Assembly: GCA_904063045.1 (NCBI GenBank)
Contig: CAJFCJ010000001.1
Coordinates: 992,001 to 1,056,000, forward strand
DNA: 64,000 nt
Source: Dimorphilus gyrociliatus
Lineage: Eukaryota; Animalia; Annelida
Direction: 5' to 3'
Made by a program: the position numbers and the translations under genes. A model generated the notes under the pieces. That model was not told where the DNA came from. It saw nothing but the letters and a program-made list of their open reading frames with translations, and did not search any database. Positions 40,223 to 49,000 of the stretch are shown here, in pieces. Within the stretch, counting starts at the first letter, position 1. Every line of letters starts with the position of its first letter.

Positions 40223-40888
40223 TGAAATGGAATACAAGATATATTCTCAAAATCACCATCCAGATAACTATCCCCTTCAAAATGTTTCATATAGGGGCTC
40301 TGATAAAAGAAGCATCGACCCGGATTTTGATATGCACAAAGATGAGCCTACAAACCCAATGATACATCAAACTGATCAAAATATTAAGCCTATGATCGAG
40401 GACAATTTTTTGTTTTTTTTAGTTTTATTTCATAAGAACTTTTACGGATACCACACTTTAAATCAATTAATCAAAAAGCTGGGTCGACATTCCTGTCTCC
40501 TAAGAACATATCGCCTATTTGACTATGTTTAGACAATACTTTCTGTACAGTCTAGTCAGAAACGCAGTTTTTCATGCAGTGTTTGTTGCTTATCTTTCTA
40601 CACATTGTATAATAAATAAACGGAATTTTAAGAGATCTTTGTAAATAACTATTTTAAACATTATTTTATTATGGAAACGTTATCGTTCCCGCCAGAATAT
40701 ACAATTTGTGTTAAGTCAGCGGAAAATAAATTGTTTTTTAGCTAAAGAATAATTGATAATGTTACAGATAATTATATCATATATTGCAAAAATATAAATA
40801 GTCGCAGTTTTATCTATAATTGTCTTAGCTCTGTGGATGGGTTGACTAAGTCATGCTAAGTTTAAAAATAGACAATGGGAATATCTCA

Positions 40889-41052
40889 TGACGTCACTAA
40901 AATGGCGGAGATTTGGTAATTTGTCTGTATCGAAATTGAAGTATGCGGTCGATCTGAATAAATCGGATAATCGAATGTTATAAATTAACAAACAAAAGCA
41001 AATTCTACAAATCGTTCATAATTTAACAAGATTTAGTGAAATTTGGTCATTG
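40889..41052 (+). promoter_or_regulatory. Probable WIP promoter and non-coding first exon: full CRE TGACGTCA (40889-40896), YY1-like AAAATGGCGG (40899-40908), donor GTAAGT at 41053
   Basis: The motifs were read directly. The likely acceptor is TTTTAG at 41873, upstream of the ATG at 41922. Confidence 0.5.
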
Positions 41053-41921
41053 GTAAGTTAGGTTATCAGTTAATAATCGCCTCTAAATACATAAGAACAA
41101 AAGAATAAGTCGTAATTCTTATTCTGGCAATACGATTTGCAATAAGGATGATTGATATTTATTATTAAGTTATATATGCTAAAAAAAGCTGATACTACTT
41201 AAAAATCTCTTAATACCTAAAAAACAAGAGAAAGACAAGGTTATTCAGTAACATTTCTCAAGATTGATTTTAAAGCAATTATCACAAAAGGTGTGTTTTT
41301 TTCAATGTATCTTCTATACCTGCGTTATTTTTAATACATTCTAAGTGACATTACAGAAGAAGCATTCGCAAATATGCTATAGTTGGTTTGTTGTTAAATT
41401 AAAATTGGATATAGTTTTGTTCAAGGATTACTACAGCTTTTTTTATGACAGACCAATCTGAATGATTTAAACACAGATCAAACTTTTGTGGCGTGCGGAC
41501 TTTAATTTTAGACTTTAGCTTTAGACATAATTTAATATCTAAGCAGTACTTGCTCAATTTTTTCTTTCTAAATATAGAATATAATATATTTGGCATTGTA
41601 AACATTTTCGTTTAAGATACATTGAATAATATCGATTAAGCATTTAATATCGTTACCTTTTCGATATCGATAAATAGACACATTGTATAGCGTTGTTCGA
41701 TACGATTTAATCAGTAGTATAGAAAATCAGTCATCGGTGAGTTATATACGTATATTACCAGTCTATTCTATTTTTTTTGCGGAAGTAGCAATCGAATGGA
41801 GAGAGCGGACAAAATATAAAATGATATGTTTTCTCTCCTATAATTAACGATTGGGATTGGTTATTAATTTTAGGCCAATAATTGGTTTTTCAACATTAGT
41901 TTACTACCAATCTGACAGAAA

Positions 41922-43641
41922 ATGGCAGCCCCTCCACCACCTCCTCCTCCTGGACCTCCACCAACATTTTCACAAGCAAATACACAACCGCCAAGAATGA
42001 ATAGAGGTGAACAGGATCAACGGGGTGCTTTGATGAGCTCTATTAATAACTTTAGAGGAGGACTCAAGAAAACTAAGACAAATGATCGTAGTGCACCTCT
42101 GGTTGACAGCAATAAAGGTAATTTTTTTTAAAATACATGTGCTTGATTATTGACGATCATAGATATTTCAGAAAATAATATAAGGAAAAGTGCGAGCACT
42201 GGAAACATACGCGGTACTTAAATGTTGTTAGCAAAAAAAAACACACTCGCTATCTTTTAACACTCGCCTGATCTCTTATCACTGTCTCGTATTTTTTTTT
42301 AGCGCGAAAACCACCGGCGGAACCTCCGCCGGAACCTCCTCGTTCACCCTCAGTCCGGAAACCGAGGGCTCCACCGCCACCGGTGCCTTTTGACAGTTGC
42401 GGTAAAGGCATGAATCGTCGTGCTAAATGTTATTTTTTTCATAGAAGAGTTAGAAAGATAAGATAAAAAGTTTGCGATAAAAATTAGTAATGAATTTCGT
42501 TTTATCTTTTACTTAATAATGAAGGTTGACCTGTTTGCTGAAAAATGTTTGTATAGTCTAGATATTGCTAATGTCAAATAAGAACGCATGCGTTTTATCT
42601 AATTTTCCTTCGAGTCTAAATAATTATTTGTCACTAATTTTCATTTTCTACTATTAATCTCTTTTTTTTTACAGGAGGAGCTGGTCCAGCTCCGATGAGG
42701 ACTGGAGGACCTCCCTTTGGTGGAGGAGGTCCTATGAATCCAATGAGTGAACTGCAATCGAGAGTAAAGCAGCGACAACTTCGTTCGACAGGAAGCAGTG
42801 AGTAAACAAGACAATAATGTTTTCAAAATTTAGACTTTATTCCTCTTTTACAGATGCATCATTGACTTCAGCTTCAAGACCAATAGTTCCTCCAGCAGAG
42901 AGACCAAAATTTGCTCAACAACCACAGCAGCCGAGATTTGACATGCCATCTCGCAGTCGAGCACCACCGGCTCCAAATCCAATCAATAGGACAGCATCTA
43001 GTGGATTTACAAATGGTTTTGCGAAACAAGCTCCCGCTCCAATCCCTGTTTCAGTTCCGACTCCCCCCTCTGTTCAGGCTCCAACACCTCCCTCTGTTCA
43101 GGCTCCTCCCCCTCCCCCTCCATCTTCAAGCCATATGAGAGTTTCTCAGTCAGGCTCTCACGCTCCAGTTGGAGGATCTCGGTACAACCGTGCTTCAAAT
43201 TCAGCTCCGCCACCTCCTCCGCCTCCTCCCTCAAAATCAAGGAATGCTTTTCCTCAGAGACCTGGGCCACCTCCTCCACCTCCACCCAGTAGGTCGGCAC
43301 TTTCAAGATCGAACACAAATCCTCCAAGGGGTCCTCCTCCACCACCACCTCCTCTACCACATAGAGAAACAGCACCCCCTCCTCCTTCAACAGAGCCTCC
43401 ACCTCCTCCCCCTCCTTCGAATCGCCCAATGCCATCTAGTGTACCACCGCCTCCGCCTCCGCGTCAAGACACCAGAGTTATGTATGATACGTCTTTCGAG
43501 CGAAATTATAATTTCCCTGCTCCGAACACTTTCTGTGATCCACCACCGTTTAAGAGAGAAACTCGTCATTATCCGAGTAAATATAAACAAAACCCAGCTG
43601 CAAGGGTTAACCATCCTCCTCCACCAGTCAACTATCGGTGA
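41922..43641 (+). CDS. WIPF: WAS/WASL-interacting protein family member (WIP/verprolin)
   Basis: MAAPPPPPPPGPPP start, WH2 domain (RGALMSSI...LKKTKTNDRSAP), proline-rich body, and C-terminal WASP-binding segment FERNYNF...PPPF...YPSK. Exons are 41922-42117, 42172-42213, 42303-42401, 42675-42797 and 42854-43641. Confidence 0.92.
43057..43104 (+). repeat. Two-copy 24-nt coding tandem repeat (PTPPSVQA x2) in WIP
   Basis: CCGACTCCCCCCTCTGTTCAGGCT followed by CCAACACCTCCCTCTGTTCAGGCT. Confidence 0.85.
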
Positions 43642-43872
43642 AGATTTAATAAAGTTTTAAATGAAGTTACATTCCTATGCAAAACTATGATTCGCTTACG
43701 CTCAGTGTATAGACGAAATTTAAAAAAAATTGTATATTTAAAATATATTTTATTGCACGAAAGCTTTTTCGCCATTTTATTTGGCCAGTTCAATCTTTTT
43801 TATCATATTAAATAAACTTTTCTGTTTCGTCAATAAGTTTGTTGTCATGGTAGCAATTAGACGCCACTCGAT

Positions 43873-44826
43873 ATGAGTATAACAATAATAGCGACAGTTT
43901 TTAGCGCTTTAATTAGCTCAATTGTAGGCTTAAACCTTATTCCTCTTCATTCATCAGATGCCTATGATATTTTACGGGAAAAGACAATGGAGTTTGGGAT
44001 ACCGAGACCTAACATGACTGTAGAATGTGATAAATATGCCATCGGTGAAGAGATTTCAGACTTAGCAGTCAGCAAGTCACACAGTGTCTACGTTTTGAGC
44101 AATTCGAGAAATCAATCAGTATTATTTGGACAAGGAAGCTATGGAACGGTTATGGTTCTCGCTATTTGGAAGAAGACTAAGCTCCAATTTCAAGCATTTA
44201 AATATTTAAACCTGCCTATTCCCCATTTGCTAATTCGAGAAATCGATAATAATGTCTTTTTACAACGTTCTAAATATGTACCGAAATTTTTGGGTCTCTT
44301 AAGTATAGAGGATTTTCTAGTACCCGGATTTAGCCAAGAATTAGCTGCTTTTTATTCTAATTCTATTCGTGTCGTAACTTTGGATGACTTTGTGAGTTCA
44401 GAGATCGATTTTAACTGGATAGACCTCTGTCTTAGCCTCTCTTTAGCTCTATCAGATTTACACAGAGTACGACGTTATTTTCATGGGGATTTAAAACCGA
44501 ATAACGTTCTAGTGAGATTGGATGAATCTAAAAATATATCAATTGTATTGATTGATTTTGGTCAAGCAGGCCCAGTTGGAGAGATGAGTTACCTCCTTTT
44601 CAGTGGATCTTTTGAAGCAGGATGGTATGCTGCACCTGAATTAGCAAAAGGCTATTCGCTATCTGAGAAAACAGATATATTTTCACTGGGTTTTGTGTTT
44701 AGAGAAATAGCATCTTTAAAATCTGTCAAGTTTTTAGATCTTTTGGGTAGAGATTGTATGAATGATGATCCTGAGTTACGTCCAACACTAAATCAGATTA
44801 TTGATAAACTTACAAGCAATAAATGA
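43873..44826 (+). CDS. Intronless protein kinase with N-terminal signal/anchor peptide; non-RD (HGD) catalytic loop
   Basis: A single 317-aa ORF with GQGSYG, AFK, FHGDLKPNN, DFG, APE, TDIFSLG and RPT motifs, and a hydrophobic N-terminus MSITIIATVFSALISSIVG. Confidence 0.9.
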   Translation: MSITIIATVFSALISSIVGLNLIPLHSSDAYDILREKTMEFGIPRPNMTVECDKYAIGEEISDLAVSKSHSVYVLSNSRNQSVLFGQGSYGTVMVLAIWKKTKLQFQAFKYLNLPIPHLLIREIDNNVFLQRSKYVPKFLGLLSIEDFLVPGFSQELAAFYSNSIRVVTLDDFVSSEIDFNWIDLCLSLSLALSDLHRVRRYFHGDLKPNNVLVRLDESKNISIVLIDFGQAGPVGEMSYLLFSGSFEAGWYAAPELAKGYSLSEKTDIFSLGFVFREIASLKSVKFLDLLGRDCMNDDPELRPTLNQIIDKLTSNK

Positions 44827-44942
44827 ATTGTTTATTTCGACCAACTCTTGATAATATTGGTGAATCAGTCGTTTATTATTAAAAGCTCGTCGGCATCTCA
44901 TATAAAGAAAAAGTTATAGACTTGCGTGGCACTAGATCGTCC

Positions 44943-45687
44943 TTAATAAGTCGCACCATCAGGCGGCTGTGAACTTTTCTTATTTCGAGGGTTTCTCATG
45001 CTTTTTCTTATTTGATCGAGTAGCATATAAATAGAACAATTATAGTTCCAATTTATGAAATTAGAAGTGTTGACCTGTTGAAATTTATACAATAAGATTA
45101 AAATTATTCAGATTTTTGACTTTTTCATTTTACTTTTCCTTGGGAATCCACGCCTTCAAGATTGATTTTCGTTAGAAATCGAACTGCTGGTGCTTCTCGA
45201 GGATAATTCTCGCCAGCATGAATACGAAGCGAATACATCCTATTATCATACGTTGTCTGTAAATTCATGTCTATTGTTAGTATTGTGTTGTTAGTTAATA
45301 GGTAAACTACAAACTCCAGGAGGTCCTAATATCATAGCCTGCCAATGGCTCATTGTCATATCATCATTACGTTCCAAACCGAGCGAAATCGTGCCGTCAC
45401 CATAGCCTGACCGAGCTTTTTCCAGCTCCTCCAATACTCGAAAATTTCTTGGTACAACAACTGTTAAATACATTAAATATTATTTTGATTGGAAGCGTCA
45501 TGATTCGTGACTGGAAAATTCTGAGAAATTAATATGTGGGATTATAATGACTGATATTAAAAATACCAAAGTAACATGACAATTCTTATATTCTTTTGTA
45601 AATATTTCGTCCTACGAAACTCTAAAGTATTCATTCTTAAAAGTAATCGTCAAAATTACCAGTATCTTTTCCTCCGGACGCCGCCAT
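44943..45687 (-). CDS. UBE2V: Ubiquitin-conjugating enzyme E2 variant (UEV1/MMS2-like), 4 exons, divergent
   Basis: [15 protein letters not shown]...[10 protein letters not shown]...[17 protein letters not shown]...[16 protein letters not shown]...SQPPDGATY; no catalytic Cys. Confidence 0.92.
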
Positions 45688-46069
45688 GATTGCAACCAAA
45701 TGGAACTTTTTCGTATAAATAAAATATTTTATCTTAAAAAATTAGAAAAAAAGCAAAAAAATTCCAAACACTAATTCCTTTCATAAAATCATAATTTATA
45801 AAAATATCTTGATGATTATTACGTAAATTACATTTCGTTGGTAGCGCCATCTGTACAATCGTGCACGAATTCCAAGAGATTTAAGAAGCTTAGAAATAGA
45901 AAATCCGTAAGAAACAGTCATTATGGTGTCAAACAAGGACAATCTTTATTCAAACTAATAGAACAAGGTTATCAAACTAGAAAGGTATCTATGAATACTA
46001 GTTTTAAAAATATAGATTTCAAAACTCTGCTTTTTCGCAACATTTGGATCAAATCAAAGATCTGAAGGT

Positions 46070-49000
46070 ATGAATCTAACTGTATCTACTTTGACTAATG
46101 CCAAAACAACAAATGAAGAAGTTTCACATCTAAAAACTTTGAAAGAAACGATTAAAAATTCTGCAAAGGATGGATGTAGACTTCAAGATATTTTAGAAGA
46201 AGATATTAATTCTTTTGTTTTTTACTTGTTTGAACGACGATACGGTTGGGCTGAATCTGATTGTAAGAATGGTCGAAACAAGAGGGAAGAAGCTAAATAT
46301 AAGTCATTTATTAACGAATCTCTTGATTTTCTTATAAATTGGTTTGTAAAGGACAATTCAAAGTCACTTTCCGTACATGTTTTCTTCAACAGGCTTACCA
46401 ATCAATCTGTTTCACCAGTTATCCTAGAAGCCTTTCAATATGGAATTAAAGAAGGTGAAAAAGTTTAAATGTTTTTTATGTTTTTATTATATTTGTTAAG
46501 AAAAGTATGTTGTAAAAATAAAAAAACAGCCAGCCAAAAACCTTCCGTACGAAAACACACGTTCTCTAGAGTTATGGATTGGCTTAAATCTCATAGAACT
46601 GAAATTAATGAAGAAAACTTCACTTTAGTCGAAGTAATAAATATTTCACCAACAACTGTTACTTCATAAATTATATACTTTGATTTTTGTTATTCCTTTT
46701 TACCTATAGACTCTTATCACACTGGGATTAACAGATGTTTGGTCTGTTATCAGGAGTAGCGTTGCCTCTCGTCTAATGCATTTGGCTCACTATTTGTCAA
46801 TTAAGCTTATTGAACAATTAGTAAGTACTTTGGTAAAATTATGTTCGAATCTGGAAACAACATGGCAAACGAAAGAAGGTGCAGTTTTAGGAATAAATGC
46901 CATTCTAAGAAACTTTCAATGGGTTGGATTAATATCACCAAGTTCGGGAGCATCTACTTTGTCTTTTGATCCTGTTATGCATACGGAATATTTACTTAGG
47001 GTAAGTGTAAATATAACTTATTCAATAAACAATATTGAACAAACTTAAGAGTGAAAATTAATGTTCTAGATGGGTGACGAAGAAATGGAATGCATGCCCG
47101 ATTTTTTGAGAAATTGTGCATACGATACTCTCTTTCCTTTATTGGCTCATCAACAGTTAAGTGTCCGAGAGAATACGGTTAAAGCCATTTCTTCTTATCT
47201 TACAAGAACAGATTTTACGGTTCGTCTACTCGTAGACAGAAATTTGTCCATATTATATTAAAAATTCTCATTGACTACTTTTCAGGAGACTCTTGCTTGT
47301 TTTAAAAATGTTATTTGCCAATTGACTGCAAATATTCCAAGTGGAGTAAGTAACCATTCTGTTTGTTTAAATCATTGAACAGTTTTCTTTATGACCTTAT
47401 TTTTTTTATAGATTCATTATCATAATGCAATCAATGTGCCAAATTTTAAATTTATGGAGGCTCAACATGCCGAAGGCTTATTAGGAGTTTGTGAATTTTT
47501 AGTTAAAGTAGGTTAATTAATTAAATACTTAATTATTTTAATATGATGTTACATGACTTTAAAGCAAATCCCTCCGGCTCATCTCCTCCCGCATTGGCTT
47601 CGTTATACCAGCACATTTTGTCTATACCTTAAGCATCCTGCGTCAACTGTCAGACAAGCTACAAGCTCAATTTTTAAATTTTTAGTTGCAAAGGATAGCA
47701 ACAATCCGTTGTTTGGTAGATTGGTTTTAGACTCTTTATCTTCTCAATGGAATGAGGGAGATTGGCAATGGAGAGAAGGGTGTATGCTCTCCTACGAACT
47801 AGTGTTTCGCTTTTTAATAAAAAATCATCTTTTATACACTTTTGGCCTACAATCACCAGATGAACCTGAAGAAAAGTTTGTTTAAATTATGAATGAAAAC
47901 AGTTTAGCAGAGTTTGTAACGAAATTTATTTATTCATATATAGAAATGATAAAAAAGCATCTCAAAGCTATTCAGAGGAAAACTTAAAACTTGCTAAATC
48001 AGTTGAAATCCATAAGTCACAATCGGTATGCTAAATTTGTCTTATTATTTTATATTAGTTTTATTTGAATTTTGAAGAAAAAACTTAAAAGAAAGAGTTC
48101 ATTTTCTATGTACCTCATTTTAAGTTGTTCTAGATTCACTATTATTTTCGTGCTATCCACCCACTTCTTATAGTTTAATGCATGATTGTCGCTATCTGCA
48201 TGCAGAAAGATAGATCGTCATCACTCTCGTCGGATAATAATGAGAGAGAAAGAAGAAGTTCCTTTTCATCTCCTCAACATAAGAAAATTTCTGTTGAAAA
48301 CGTGAGTGTCTCCACCATATTCCTTTTTATTTTTAAAGATATTCTTTGGAAATTTTATTTAACCTATTTCTGTTTTGTTTATAGCTTATTATTCCTCTTT
48401 TTATTAAATTTTCAATACTTTTCTTTATTTTTTGTGTTCTTGTGATTTCTTGTAAATATAAAGAAATCTAAAGACGATGACGAAGATACTTTTAACGAGG
48501 AAGATGCCATTAGAATACGATATCAAAAGAAAGTTTCGCGCGGTCGAACATCAATATCGACCGCTAGTCCAGCGTGTTTAGAACTATCAATGAAATGTCA
48601 TGTAAGATATATTATTTAAAAAATGGCTTCCAGATCAAGAGAACAGATTAATATCACACATTAATTAGCTTTTTTGCTTTATCATGGATTTTTTATATTA
48701 GCAATTGATCTTAAAAACAAAGAGACCAAACAAAAAACCAAAAATATAAAAATTAATTATCATATTTCAGTTAAAGAAAAGAAAGGCTTGGGGCCAGGTT
48801 TGTGTATACACGGTTTTATCGTCAACTTCTGTCGTAAATGCATTTCTTTACTGACATAAATTGTATATTTTCAATCACTTGCTATTACTGTGTATACTTT
48901 GTGTCTGTTAAACACAAGTACTAGAAAAGGGAAAGGGAATAATACGCTTGCAGTTTGAATTGCAAATTTTCTATAAAATAAGCTTTCTTTCTGATTACGT

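Noticed and set aside
40182-40532. 116-aa ORF overlapping the MEGF8 stop
   Set aside because: It has no recognisable features and is likely 3' UTR. MEGF8 ends in tandem stops (TAA TGA), so readthrough is unlikely.
45838-46065. 75-aa ORF upstream of the HEAT gene
   Set aside because: It starts at TTG and lies in the bidirectional promoter/5' UTR. A donor near 45984 suggests that part of it is a UTR intron.
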